DNA from: Chrysomallon squamiferum
Lineage: Eukaryota > Animalia > Mollusca
DNA length: 64,000 nucleotides
NCBI GenBank assembly: GCA_012295275.1
Contig: CM022678.1
Span: 18,724,001 to 18,788,000, forward strand
Direction of reading: 5' to 3'
Positions 1 to 15,876 of this stretch are shown here, piece after piece (positions within the stretch are counted from its first letter, which is position 1; every line of letters begins with the position of its first letter). The position numbers and the translations under genes are program-made. Under the pieces are notes generated by a model. The model saw nothing but the letters and a program-made list of their open reading frames with translations, was not told where the DNA came from and ran no database searches.

Positions 1-872
1 TTTACTTATTTATTTCCTTATTTTCTTCCTTATCTTTTATATATTTCATTTTCCATCATTATGATTGTTGCTGTTTTTTCATTGTCATCATAATCATCGG
101 CATCGGTTTTCTATTTAACTTCTTTCAAGAGACCGTTTTTTGTATACCATTTATTTAGAACACTGATTATCAAATGCATCTTGCTCGAGTTGTTCGAGTG
201 ATGATCGACCAAAAACACAGATTCTATTATTTTTCTTTCTTTTTTTATTTTACAAATAGGAAATACATATTTTAAAACCTTAAATCGGAGGTTGTTTCAT
301 TAGGGTGGGGCAAACCACGTTTTTAAGCCATTACATTCCAAAAGATATTATATTTTCAAAAAAAAAAAAAAAAAATAAAAATAAGGAAACACCAACCTAT
401 TAAAAAAATAATAAACTCAAAAATAAGCTGAAAAATACACAAAAATCTGCTTCGATATGAGGTTTCTATTTGTATAGCACTTTGAAAAAAAAAAAAAAAA
501 AAAAACAAATAGTAATAGTAAAATTTTTAAAATTTATTTGCCTATATACGTAGATATAAAAATGTTGTTTGCCATGCGATCATAAACAAATTTGAAGAAT
601 AATAATGGCATATCTCCTACATATACATAAACAAAGATATGTTTACACACAGACAAAAAGATTTTATTTACATATTGCTTGCGCCAGTCAGATCCGAAAA
701 TGAATTAGGTATTGTCTTTTTATTTGTTTTTCGAACAGTACACCGTCTGCAAATACGTCACAATTGGCAATAATCGTGTAATTATGAAAACGTTAGTAAA
801 CACAGAATAAACTGGTTGACGGAAAACCCGCCAAAACTGAGCCTCTCGTCTGTTCCTTCGTCGCCATCAGAT

Positions 873-1137
873 ATGCAAATGACGTCAATTCGTGAGTTTC
901 CGCCAAGAGATTCGTGTTTACGATAAATCCCTTTCGTTTAGTGTCTCTCGGTGTCGTCTGCTTTGGCCAGATACCAGATCACGTCCCGGCCAAATTGGAA
1001 TGAAACAATAATATTTACGACTGCGGTATTTAACAAGTTCAAGTCGAATCCACGTTAAGACCGAGTCATCCATTTTGCATTATTGTTATTAACATATATT
1101 TATTCTATTTAGTACTGACGTCATACCGTACGTCATA
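873..1137. promoter_or_regulatory. CRE cluster with overlapping octamer, in a CpG-richer segment
   Basis: ATGCAAAT (873-880) overlaps TGACGTCA (880-887); a second TGACGTCA lies at 1116-1123, with extra ACGTCA half-sites nearby. Target gene not visible. Confidence 0.4.
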
Positions 1138-1364
1138 AAGATGAAAGAGATGTATATTTTTAAATATAACTAACGTAATTAATTGAATACATTATTTTCG
1201 TTTTAACGTCACTGTTTCTACGATTGATACTGCATAGAGAAGTGTGGAATTTTGTACAGAAGAGAAGATTCGAAAATTTACCTCTATGCAGCAGTCCTAT
1301 TTTTTGTCGTTATAATATTTAGAAATTCGCCGATAAATAACAACAACAAGAATAACAACAACAA

Positions 1365-1410
<46 letters not shown>

Positions 1411-1521
1411 GCAAAAATAGTAATAACAACGACAAAAAAAAATAAAAAATAAAAATAAACAAATTTCATATTATCTTACCTACCCATTTTCTTCTTATTC
1501 TTCTTTCCTTTTCTTCTTCTT

Positions 1522-1584
<63 letters not shown>

Positions 1585-2856
1585 TTGGTTTTATTTCAAT
1601 CATTCTTTTTTTAAATTTATTTACTCTCTAACTTACTTACTTATTTATGTATTTATATTTGTTGATTTCTTTTTCAGTTACTTTTAATGATTTTATTTTT
1701 TAATGTTATAATGTTAATATCGTTTTTATAATTATGATGATGATCATTGCATAGTCTTCATCACAGAATCATAACAGTCAATAACGTTACTACTTTCTCT
1801 TTTTTCTTTTCTTTTCTTATTATTATTTATTGTTTTTGTTGTTGTTTTTTTTTCTTCTGTTCGGGTTATTTTCAGAAAACATCAAAGCAGTAAGCGAAAC
1901 GCTTTACAATTGTGTGCGACCGCCATCACTTCCACAGCAGCCCAGCAACAGACAACGTGACCCGAAATCTGGCAGGATTTATCCTTAATCCTAGTCTCAC
2001 AAAACAATTAAGTAGACAAACAGGCAAAGACAAACCATCTAATTTAAGATGTGTGCATCAAAAGATCAGTGCACTAAATTAGCTCAGTTTAAATTTAGAA
2101 CGAGGACTGAACATTTGACCCTGATGCCATTCGATATCTTCAGATTAATAATTTATTTAGAATTTGTTTTGTATTAATTTGATTCGTTTTTTTATTGTTT
2201 ATATATTTGTTTCTATCTGCGTTCACAATCTATCTACAGATGTAAACACACACACACACACACGTGCATACGTTTTAATTTAAGATATAATATTGTATTT
2301 TTATTTTGCCCTGTTTAAGTTATTTCGGTTTCTTAAAAGCAAATATCTTTTCCAGTTCGCTCCAGAACAAGTTGATATCTTTTTCCTTTCCATTTTGCCG
2401 TCTGCTATTATCGTGTCACGTGAAAATTGATTACGTATTTAAAGCCTTAACTTGCGTGAACTATTACCCAGAGTGTTAGTCTTTTTGTCAAACAAACAAA
2501 TGGGCTAAGCTTTGAAATACACACAGACTGTTCACGTTTATATTTTTCGTTGTTAGTTTCAGTTTTCGCACTTGCGTGCAATTTTGATATTTGCGATTTG
2601 CGTTTCCGTTAGTTTCAGACGCAACAAATTACACTGCCAAGTCTGTTCCTATTTTTAAAAATAAAAAATAATAATAATAATAATGCAATGCTTGTCTTGC
2701 ATTTTAGTTTCAGATATTTCGCAAAAATAGAACAAGTTAGCGAGTGTATGAAGGTTTCGTTTCTGTTTGTAAGGGACATAAAGACAGACAGTCGGAGAGT
2801 AAGAGACAGAGAAAGCTGACTAGAAAATCAGAGAGAGAGATAGACACACAGTTCAC

Positions 2857-2950
<94 letters not shown>

Positions 2951-4297
2951 ATGTTCATCCAGTTATGAATATATTATATAAAAATATATAATAATAATTA
3001 ATAATCAAATATATCTATTATTTGTTTTTAAAATGAGCGTATTTCATTCTGGAAGTTACTTCCACAGTTATAGTATAGTTGCAACCTTTCAGCAATGTTG
3101 ACGATCTTTATCTCCAAATCCTGATTCTGCGCCCTGCATATTAAATATTTTTCAAAACGAATATATATATTCCGGCCCACTTCAGTTTATATCAACAGCC
3201 GGTGGCAGAAAGGGATATAAAATATTGATAATTCTAAAAAAATATCTTCCTTTTGTTTTATTTCAACAACCGTTTACTTCTTTTCGTAGGACATTACTTT
3301 ATCGACATTTCTGTATCGTCTTGTTTTAATAATGGTTCAAATAAGCAAACCTAAACGTCCGGTTTTTTGACGTTATCGTTCGCAAAAGCGCATCATACGT
3401 AAAGTTCAGTATAAGTCAGCAAAAAGAACCTCCATGTTGATAGATTCGTACAAATATGCTAGCTCTGCGAAAAACAAATGCTAACAAATGTCATAAAGAA
3501 ATTCTCCACGCTAGAATTATGCTAAGATCGCTTCTCACACATACACTGACGATATACCGGCTTAACTCATTAAATATGTTCTCGGCAAAAGTATATACAG
3601 AAATCAATAGCCAGGATTTCGCGCGTCACGTGTCCTGTAAAGCTGGACGTCACACAACAGTGTTTGCTATAAACACTAAAGTCGACTGAGATAAATCGTC
3701 ACAAAAAAAAAAAAACAAAACATATATAAATAAGAAAGTATCCTATATAGCATGGATACTTTCAGTTATTTTTGACAACAACAACAACAACAACAACAAT
3801 ATTAGTAGTAGTAGTACTGGATACAGAATGGCGGTGTCATAAGAATCAGACGTTTAATAACACTTTTTTGTTTCTTTCTTTTTTTTTTTTCTTTCTTAAA
3901 TTTTTAACTTCTAAATTTTTAATTTTAATTTTATTTTATTTATTATTATTATTATTATTATTATCAACTTTTTCATTTTTATTTTTATTATTATTATTTT
4001 ATTTTTTATGTATCAAATATCTCTTATTTTTTTTAATGTTTTTTTTAAATTTGATATAATAATGACATGACAGGCAAATGGCCAGTATCAAATGGTGGGC
4101 TACTCTCATCGATTAAGCGAAGCAAGAAATGTTCACCTTCTCGTATACAGGAAATCATATATCACAATATATGACAAACAAGTTGATATCTGCAATGATT
4201 TCGGAAGTGCTAAAACTAAATACTGCTTGCTACCTTATTAAAGCTAAATACAGCATATACGGTTACATTTAAACTTTACTTAACTGATGTACAAACG

Positions 4298-4354
<57 letters not shown>

Positions 4355-5907
4355 CATAACATGATGACTTGTACCGACTATACTTCCTTATTTTCACCAG
4401 ACTATTGATTGTGTTATTTGAATGCTTACTTCACGTCCTGTCTTCAGACTTTGCACTAATTATCCAAAAGTTTACCATCATCTGTAGCTTTACGAAGTAT
4501 TGATGTCTAAGCTGTTGTCGAAAAGTCAGCGTTAAAAAGTTAAATCAGAAAGTGTGGGTCTTACAATATTCGTCTGGTCAACAGAATGACAAATGTAAGT
4601 GAAATCTCAAGATGTGACAACGAAAGAAAATTGTCCGAGTTTACCAACGTGACGACTTACATTAGAAATGTCTGTGGTTAACTGTCCAGTATAGTGTAAG
4701 GATTTACATAGCAATAGTTATTTTATATTTAAGCTTAAAGCATGCCTTTCCTGGGCACTCATTTTTAAGTGTTTAATTTATAGAGACGATTCAAACGTCT
4801 ATCTCAACAGACTAATTATTTCCGAATCTCGATTTCACAAAGGCTTTTCGTACCGTTATAAATAAAAAAAAATGTTAATATAGTTTATATATGCATTAAT
4901 TTACACTGGTTAAATTCTACATGGTACGTAATTTAATATATAAAGATATACTACATACTGTTAAAGTATTACAGAATCCTGGAGAAGAGGCTATAAAAGT
5001 ATTATAAATAATAATTTAGCTCTGTAACACAACCACGGTCCAAGATGCGATCCGCTGGCCTTACCATTCTTGAGTTCAATATCTTAACCGATATCAGGTA
5101 TTTTCGTTTGTAAGCTGTTTCTTATTTTCTCTTTTTTTTTTTTTTTCTCTCTCTCTCTCTCTGTTATCCTCATTCTTAAACACTTTCATGTAAGCACTTT
5201 GTGTCACCAAGGGAAGTAACTACGTTTATTTAAAAACGATAATTTTCACATTTTTCTCACTTATGATTATGGCGGTCATCACAACAACAACAATGATGAT
5301 GATGATGGCTGTTGTGCTCTCCTTGCTATTTCTTTGGCGAAGCAGTGGTTAAAAAAAAACCAGTTCTATTTTCTGATTTGACTGGTACTGAATAAATGAC
5401 TGAAGAACAAACACAACAGTAAATAAGTATTTATTTTATTAAACATGGTTTATTCAGTGAATGTTACCATTAAAAATTTTGTCTCCAATAATGAATAATT
5501 TATAAGTATATATATATATATATATCTAGATATGAGCAGATGTTATTTTAAACTGAAGAAACAAAATCGCTGAAATATTTAAATATTTGAAATTTTTTTT
5601 TTTTTTTTTTTTTTGTGATGAAGTACAGTACAACCTTGAATTAATGGAGTCAGAAGACTAAAATGATGTCCATTTATTTTGATAACTTTACGAAGATGCA
5701 ATTTAGAGTGCATTTGCTAACAAGATGTGTATAAGAGCCTTCTAAACACCCCCATGAATTACTGATAGGCTCTTCCTTTATCCATCTCCATTTGCTGAAC
5801 TTGTAAAGTGATATACAGAAGATCAATACACTGGTTGATTATGTATGGTGATACAACCAGTGATCGATATTTTTATCATTTATTTTCTCATTTTTGATTT
5901 GATTACA

Positions 5908-5972
<65 letters not shown>

Positions 5973-6370
5973 TAATAATGTAGTAGTAGTAATAATAATA
6001 ACAACAAAAACTAGACAAAAAAGATAACTTTAAACTCAACATATTTCAAACTAGTATGAAAAATAAACTTTGCATTCATTTCAGATTCTCAGTGTGAATA
6101 CATAAATAGTTTTTTCTTTTTATTTCTCTCTGGACATATCTGAATATCTCAGTTACCTAGTTTCAAAAAAGTTTAGTTTCTTTACGTACAGTTTTATGAT
6201 AAATAAATCAAATTTATAATGGTTGACCATTCATATATACATATGTTTTTATATAAAATGTTAAAATGAAATCAGGTGAACATTTGTAGTTATTGCTATG
6301 TAACACCTGCATGCAGCTGATCATGAGATTTAAGACATTATCCTATGTATATATAAACATAAAATCATTA

Positions 6371-6432
<62 letters not shown>

Positions 6433-7306
6433 GAACAAAATAATAATTTAAAAAAAACATAAAATAAAAATAAAGTAAAATAAATAATGGTATAATTTCC
6501 AAGAAACAATTTATTTCTAATATTTTTTTGCCTTTAAATTATTTTTAAAACATTTATTCCAGTTAACATTCTGAATCCAACTGATTTAAACACCCACCAA
6601 TTAAATAACAATAAAAAAAAAAAAGTTAAGAAAGAAATGTTTATGATTATAAAATGTTGTTTATACCACATATTCAATGTATTTCAGAGAATGAAAATGT
6701 AGATTAAAAATTTTCACAGAAACATTTCAGCTGACCACAAAGTATAAAGAAAATAAAAGAATGGATGTTGTTTTGCAATCTACCTTCAAATTTTCATCAC
6801 TATTTTGAGTAATCTTTTTAATTTGTTGTATTTCTGTTGTTTGTTTGTTTTTTTTTTTTTTTTTTTTTTCTTTTTCTTTTTCTCATATATTATTTTTAAG
6901 AGAAATACTTAAAAGTTCAGTTTATAGGAAAAAAAACACCCTTAAAACCAAACAAACTAAATATAAAATAAAAAAAAACCCTAAAGAATTAAAAAATAAT
7001 AATAAAATAATAATAGTAAGCATATAAATCTACTTTATAATAGATGTTTCTTTTCTGTGTAAGAAAAACAAAGCAATTGTTTACATGATAAGTATTTTCT
7101 TTTTTTTAAAAACTTCTTTCAATTTGCTGACACTGCCACTTTAATTTGTACCCAATTGTCTCGCTTGTAAAACAAAGTCTGTCGACATGAACACTTTTTG
7201 CTTGTAAAACAAAATCTGTCAACATTAACACTTCTGCATCAAATAAAACTGACATTTGTCTGGCGTTATGTTTTCACTTATTAAAATAGAGAAAAATCAA
7301 TGTTCA

Positions 7307-7486
7307 CTATTTTTTCCATTTCTCCTGATGCTGGTATGCTGTCATGGGTTGTCCACCCCTGCCACACGTCCCTACCCCCACACGACCCTCCACCGCTTCG
7401 GGTGTGGCAAATATACTTCTCTTCACTCGTCCTTTGTTAGTTTTCGAAAATGTCTGCAATGATTTACATTTGTAACATTTAATTCT

Positions 7487-7519
<33 letters not shown>

Positions 7520-10500
7520 TACTGCTGTTATTTTTTTTTACTGTTTTAAAACAAATTATTTTTCAATTTCTACCAAAAACAATGTAAAATTAAAATTACA
7601 ATTTCTAATCAAATGAATTTAGAAATATAAGAAATGAGAATAAAAAAAGACAAAAATAAATAAAAAATATAAATCTCATTCTATTTAGACAGAAAACTGA
7701 ATTTAAACGTCATCGTAATTTAAAATAGTCAACAAAAAAACAACAACTTGAAAAGCAATTTAATAAAAATATCATTGAATAGAAATATTTTTTACATTGG
7801 CATAATTAGAGATCTTCTATCAATTATAGTAACCCAGAGATAATAACTCAAGGATAATTACACTGGCCCTTAAAAGTCCTTTCATTTACAATAACTAAGG
7901 CCAGTTGCATTAGTGCTTAAAGTAACCCATGAATAGTTAACTGTTCTGTGTAGATCCTTTTGTTTATAATAACTGAAGGATAATTAGACTGGTCCTTAAA
8001 AATCATTTATAAGAACTTAGGAATAGTTATACTGGTCTGTGTAGATTCTTTCATTTACAATTACCCAGAGATAATTTCAATGGTCCTTAAAGATCATTTC
8101 AGTTGTCATAACCCAATTATAAAAACCAGGAGTGACACAGCTGTCCACTGGACATCAAAGCAAACCAGGAATGTGTAAACCATGAAAATCTTTAAAAGCC
8201 GCTTAATAACATAATGCAGAGTTACTCACCTTTGCGTTAAATAATTTCCACTTATTTTTCTCTGCTTCTCTTTCTTCTTCAAGCATCTTCATTCGCTGTG
8301 CCTTTTTCTGTGACTTCTTTCGTTTGTAGTCTCTCTGCTGGATGGCCAAATCTTTTCTGTAAGTCAAAACAGACGGAGAAAATGTAAATAAATAAATAAA
8401 TAACATTTAGTAACTGTTCTCAAAAACATATCGTAGGGATTCAGGCAAGAACAGTTTTAATTCTTAAATTTGATTGAGCTTAATGAAACCATAATGAAAA
8501 TGTAGCTTCGGTCAAATAAACAAACAGTCCAGATACTTTGTTTTACACCTATTCTTAACCAGTATTACATAACAATACATAAAACAATCAGTATGTTTTG
8601 ATTCTACAGCTGCTTTCCCAGTTGTGGATTTAGTTTTGATCTCATCCACATCAATCACTAACTAACCAAAAGAAAACAGTTTAGGACTGACAAAAGTGAA
8701 CTTATTTCTTAAATGCACAATTTAAAACAAAGGAAAAAGAAAAGCCTATAATAACAGAAAACATATAAAATGAGTGAAAGAAAGTACAACAGAAATAATA
8801 TTAAAGGCAAACAAAGCATAAAAAGAATGCCTATGGAATACCTATCAACTAGTGAAATATTTTTCAGGACTGAAATAAAACTGAATATTTTTAGATGTTT
8901 ATGATTTAAAATAGTTTAGCTTTTAATATTTTGAATTTAATAAAATGTTACAGTTAATTATTTCATTATTATCTGTAATGTGTAGGCATAATAAACCATG
9001 CATAATCTTTCATTTAAGAAGAAAAATGTACCACATAATCTGATTTATAAGCAAAAGAGTTAATGTCAGCAGACTTTGTCATATACAAAAGTGTTAATGA
9101 CATCAGTATTTGTCACACGCAAAACAGTTAATACCAGCAGACTTTATTTTATGTAAAACAGTTAATCAATGACAGCAGACTTTGTTATATGCAAAATAAT
9201 TTAATGTCAGCAGAATTTATATCACAAGGAACAGTTAATGTCAGCACAGAATGTTATATATAAAATAGTAGTTCGTGCCAGAAGAAATTTTTTTAACAAA
9301 AGAGTTAATGCCAAAAATCTTTATCTTATAAGCAAACAGTTAGTGTCAGCACACTTTATAAATGTGAGCAGCCTTTATTTTAATACCAGCAGAATTTATT
9401 AAGTGAGAATTAATGTTAGAGGACTTTACACTTAAGCATCAGAAGAATTTATGCACTGATGTTAACAGGCTGCTACTTGTCCAGACTGAAAATCTATTCC
9501 TTGTTGAAAACACGACAGATACGTTAGTGAAGGGAGGCAACTCACTTTGATTTCGGCCGTTTGGAATCGGGTCCTCCTTCTCCCTCAGTGTGACGTTTCT
9601 GAAGTTCGGGCAGTTTCAGCTGTGACAGCTGCCAAACAAAAACATTTAAAAAACTTATACAAGCAACAAGTAATCTCACAACTGACCCATCTGTCAAACT
9701 TAAAATATGACATACACAAATAAAAACATTTTAAAAACTTATACAAGCAACAAGTAATCTCACAACTGTGCCATCTGTCAAACTTAAAATAAGACATAAA
9801 CAAATAAAAACATAACCTAATATAAGTTTCATCTATGGAGTCTAATAAAATAGATACAAATACAATTTTTTTTTTAAAATACGAGTTTTATCTAAAATAT
9901 ATACAAGTAAAATTTAATCTAATAATCATTTCGTCTGTCAAGCCTAATAAATTAGACATAAATCAAAATGTAACAAAACTGTTTTAATATTTTTATAAAG
10001 TCCATAGCACTTTCAACTTGCTTTAGCAAATAATTCTTTTTAACCTAAGTGATAGGACTGCTAATATTGAGTTCCAAGATCAGAATAATGCAATTAAATT
10101 AATGACCAATGATGTACAATATAACTCTGCAATTCCTCTATTACATTTCATATTGTACAGACTACTGTTATAGTTGTTATTTGTATTATAATTTATATCT
10201 GTGTTACAGCTGTTATACTGTACAATATTTATTTTATCGCTGTTATATTGTATAATATTTATTTTATCGCTGTTATATTGTATAATATTTGTTTTATCGC
10301 TAATGTATAGTTCAGTACTAAGCTACATTTGTTATAATGTACCAACCTATTTGACAGCTCTTTTAATTGCATTATATATGTTACAGCTGCTGTACTGAAT
10401 AATATTTGATATAGGTGTTATACAGTAAGTACAGGTTTTAGCCACTGTGTTGTACACTACCTGTATTACAGTACGTGTGCTGTAGATGTTGTATTCTATT

Positions 10501-13500
10501 TCTGTTAAAGCTTTTATATTGTACAGTACCTTTGTTATAGCTGTCACTGTACCTGATTTTTAGATATTATATTGTTACCGTGATAAATCTGTTGTATTTC
10601 AAAGTCTTTTTAGTTACGGCTATGTCGTACTAGATCTGTGATATGCTGCACAGTACCTGAGTGATATCTGTATTGCCCCAGTCATCAAATGTGACAGTAC
10701 AAGTGTCATCTTCCAGAATTTCATCAATTACTGCATCGTAATATCTACAGAACAAACAAACAAAACAGTTCAAACAGAAAAAGTTGTTGTGTTAAGAAGC
10801 ATAAGGAATAACAAACTAATAACTGTAAAGAAAAATAACAAAGTGATAACTGTAAATTAAGTCACTGGTGTTATTTCTTAATGCACACGGATTATTCCCT
10901 TTAAATAAAAAAAAAAAACATAATAAAAATTATAAATTTTATAACCTCTGGAGTGACTGGCATAAATTACTGTTAATTCTTGTAAAAATGATATCTTTTG
11001 GTTTTCTTTCTTTATTCTTCTTAATCTTATTATTAATTGTTGTTGTTGTTGTTGTTGTCATTATATTTTTTCATTATTATTTTTATTATTATTATTATTT
11101 TTTTTTTTTTATCTGACATGTCAGTTAACAACATCTTCGGCATGAAGTCTACACATTCCATAATTCAGAACGTTACTGAACAACTTACTGGCCGTCTCCG
11201 GAGTAAACTGCTTGAACAGCATCGCCCACTTTCCAGGTGTGCTGCGACGACGTCGTGTCATTCACGTCGCTTGTCACTGAGTCTCCTGTCACCTCTCCCG
11301 ACTTGCCTGCCACCAGCTCAACCGTCAGGTCAATCACCTCCTGTACAGAAAACACACAAATAATCACACATCAGTTCACGTGTAAGTTCACACAAACAGT
11401 AATTGTATTGTTAGTTACACGTCGATATGGATTATATATATACACATTGTTTCAGTTCACAAGCAAATAATCGTTTTAAGTTCACACATACATTGTGTCA
11501 TTTCAAATAAAACGATCGTATTTAGTTCTCGTGTACTGTGTTTCAATTCACATGTAAGTAATAATGTTAGTTCACACATAAACGATCAGAAATACTCAAA
11601 CACTCACATGTAAAACATATAAACTAGAATACTGGTATGCTGAGGGGGTTTTCTTTTTGAATATAATGTACACACCCAGAGAGTTTTATTCACAGGTTTG
11701 GAATTTGCAGTTTCAACCAGAAAGTATCTTAAATATTGCTGTCCAGTACACTGTATTCTTGCAGTGGTATACACCTGTCTACAAAACTGTATTTTAATGA
11801 CTGCCAAATCATCCCTGATGACTTCATTTATCATCAAACACCAATCAACAATGATATAGGCAGCCAGCATAACAACCTTTTTAAAAATCTGACAAACAGA
11901 GCATTTCAATGATGGTGACATCTGTGAATTCAAGTTTTGATCATTTCTTTTGAGTGAGATTACAGACTTTTCAACAGACACTAACAGAAAATAGTAAAAT
12001 GCTTTGTCAAGTTTCAGTTCTTAAATGTTGCTTCTGTTCCTTCAGACCTGTACTTCACATACACATGGAATGCGTATTTGATTTTCCTGAACAAAAATAA
12101 GTCATAACAACCTACAACAACAACAACAAAATCAGACAAACAGAAGCAACCAAAAAATTCATCATTTGTCCTCATCATTGTCATTTTATGCAACTGCCCC
12201 GAGAAACAAACAAAATGAACTAATTGAATACCTACTATACTAATAAACATATAATAAAATATAAATTCATAAATATTCTGAATTCTTGTTGTACCATAGT
12301 AACAGAATAATAAAAAAAAAAATAATAATAATAAAATAAAAAAAAAAAAAATAAAAAATAAAAATAAATTAAAGGTTAAAAATTAAAAATAAATCGCTGC
12401 GTAAGTTCTTTTTTTAAATTATTTGTAGAGAGGAGATAACCCCATCCACAAAGGCATGTTCTATGAAACATTATTGATCGAGAAATCTTTTTTAATTTTC
12501 TTCTTTTTTTTAAATTTACATCTGAAGTAAAATACAATAAAAAAAAAATAAAAAATATGAGATTGTGGATATAATTGAAATAAATAATATAAACCAATTT
12601 GTATATGTAGATGAAGAATGGCAGTATTTGACACTTTAAAACATAGTGACCATTATCGGCAACTGTAAGAAACCAACATTTCAGCAAATTCAAAAATCTG
12701 AATAGACTAGACTGACAATACACACAATCATCCACTGACCAAACTTTGAACACTGATGTTCTTAAAATCATTATACAAAATAAACCCATTGCTGCTACTA
12801 CCGAAAGCAGACTTTTGCAACTGATGGAGGCCATGATACAGGCCTTTGCCTAGGAGAGGAATTTGAGAGAGAAAAAAAAAACCCACAGTAATCAGTGACA
12901 GACTATTTCTCAGCTGACTCTCATTACATTTAACTGCAACATTTGTAATAAATCATATTCGAATTTTATGTCATTTTTTCTCTTTATAAATCGGCATATC
13001 TCGTTTGTCCCAAGTGAATTTGGTTTAGTTATTTATATTTATATATATATATATATTAAACCACAGATCAGAAACCTTTTGACTGCCATTTTTCAGGCTG
13101 TTTAATCAGATCCAGTTTTTGTTCAACCCATTATCCATCAAGACATTACATTCAAAACCAGTCAACATGAATATAGAGCACTATGGGGCTACTATTTCAA
13201 ATGCACATCAATACATTCCACTGATATTTAAAAATAATAAAAAAGAATTGTCATTATAATCATGTAAATTGTACAGACATACATAAAGGCTTAGTTCTGA
13301 AATATCTGATTTCATCCACTGTTCCAGTACTTACGTCCGTATTTCGGAAACACACATGTATGGAAATATGTCGATCTGGATCTAGAAAACACAAGTCTTA
13401 GAAATATTAGGTTTGTTTATTTTTTTAATTTAAAACATCTTAATCTGCAAGATAAGTCTTAGAAACATTTTGTTACGTTTTTTTCTTTTTTTTTAAATTT

Positions 13501-13767
13501 AATTTAAAATACTTCAGTCTACAAGATACACGTGTTAGAAACATTTTGTTAAGCCTTTTTTGTTGTTTTAGAATATTTCAGGTTAGAAACCTCAGAAACA
13601 ATAGAATTGTGTTGGTTTTTTTTTAATTTTAAATTTAAAATACTTCAATCTAATAAGCTGAAATCTTAGAAACATTTTGTTTATTTTTTATTTAATTCAA
13701 AACATTTCAGTCTAAAAGAGAGAAGCCTTAGATATAAAAACTTTTAAGAAACATGTTTATTTATTTA

Positions 13768-13816
<49 letters not shown>

Positions 13817-14379
13817 AACTAATGTTTGCTTTTGTTACTTTATTTTCATTATTATTATTTTTTTTAACTTTCAGACATTTCATTATACAAGAAAACAAAT
13901 CACAGAAATACTAGTTTGCTATTGTGTTTTTTAAATTTGTTTTTCTATTGTTTCATTGTGTTTGCTGGTTGTTGTTTTTTCGTTTCTTCCCTGAACTTGT
14001 TTTGTTTTCAAATTTCTTTCTATTTTGTTATTTACATAGTATTTTCTATTTTTAAACAATAAATTCTCAGAAACATTTTATGTTTGCTTTCCTTTAATTT
14101 CAAGCAATAGTAAAGTATTTCATTGAGATTTTATAATAAACCACAATCACAATGAAAACAATTCAATATCCAACAAAAATTAACTGCTAAGTAGCAGTTT
14201 CATCTTTTAAAACTGATCAAGATCATCACAATGAAATACCTTATCATTTCTCTTGCTTTTATAACCTGGTTAAAAAATCACTGAAAGCAAGGAATTCCTA
14301 TCTGAAATGAACCTCAAGGTAACATATTAACTAGAAAGTGATGGCAACTTTTTTTTTTTTTTTTTTTTAAATTAATCTA

Positions 14380-14415
<36 letters not shown>

Positions 14416-15806
14416 AGTTTTCTATGGTTTTCGGTTCTTATGTTTAGTTATTTTATGTTTTAATCTCTGCTATATTGATATATATGCCACTTAAGTGACT
14501 TATCCATAAATAAATAAATGATAATAATAATAATAATAATAAAAGAATGTATAATTTGAATTTTTAAATATTTCGGACTGTATATAATGCATTTAAACAT
14601 TTTTCATACAGTTTTGAATATGTTAAGTTTTATAATTATGTTATAATTAATGATTAAGTTTATTCAGATTCTGCCAATAGTATAAACTCAAAGATGTTTG
14701 CCTGCATAGTCGTGTTAAACATTTTAAAATAAATATAATAATTAAAAACAATCACAACTATCTAAGTATAATTATCTTACTGCTGCCATGTTGGTACTGT
14801 TGGTGGCATAATCATCATCACCATCATCATTTCAAGGATATTACAGTTCCCTGACACTCAGTAGGGAGCACAAGTTTGTAAACAAGAACAGTAATTTTAT
14901 AATTTAAAAAAAAATTATAACGTTTAGTCACAAACTATTTTGATGACTATAATGTTAGAATAATGATTTTAAATAACTATTAGTATTAAACAATTTTGTA
15001 AGATGATATAATTTGTATTTTACAGAAACTTTGGAAGAACCTGTGAGGTATAAATCTAAATTAAAAACAAGAGAATATAAGAAATCAACTGTAATAATAT
15101 TTGAAACAGAAAAGAAATTTACCCAACACAGGCTAAGGAAAATGTCTTGATTTCAGGCAAAACAATGGTTAAAGAAATGTAAATAATTGTTAAACCTCTA
15201 TTTCTAAAAACAATACACATCAAATATTTTAAGTATTTCTTATTTCTGTTTCAGTTTTCCTGCTATTGGTTTTTGACCTTTTTCTTTTTTATTGATATTT
15301 AATCTTTCTTTTTTTTTTCACAATATTTCTTAAGTCAATGTTAAGTGTGCTGCTACAGAAATAATTTCTGCCTTAAAATAACAGTGATAATGAAATATTG
15401 CAATTTATTTATTTTGGGGGGGGAGGAATTTTGTATTTTAATATTTCAATTTAAATATGTGATATATTTAGGAGGTAAAAGAGTGAACATTAAGAATAGT
15501 TTTGTCGAAAACTTTTTTTGATAATATTAATTTCCAACAGCTCGATATCAAGATATTTTCATAACCTGTGTCAGGTAAGGACAGAGAACCCACCTGAAGG
15601 TCTCGCTTCAGCTTGAGAAGGTCTTCATTTTCTGGATCAGTGGTAAGTGAGGCCTCAACCTGAAATCACAACATGTAAATATTGTTAAGAAAAAGAAAAA
15701 ATAGATTTAACACCAAACATTCATTAGATGTCCCGCATTATATTAGAATTAACAAAAATAACATAATGTGTGTAAATCTGTGACAGTATGTATATCTCAT
15801 TACTAT

Positions 15807-15876
<70 letters not shown>

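Noticed and set aside
873-1080. snRNA gene downstream of the octamer motif
   Set aside because: No recognisable U-snRNA, tRNA or rRNA sequence nearby.
11604-12834. 125-aa and 152-aa ORFs within an SMNDC1 intron
   Set aside because: No motifs, low-complexity composition, and no convincing snoRNA box pairs.
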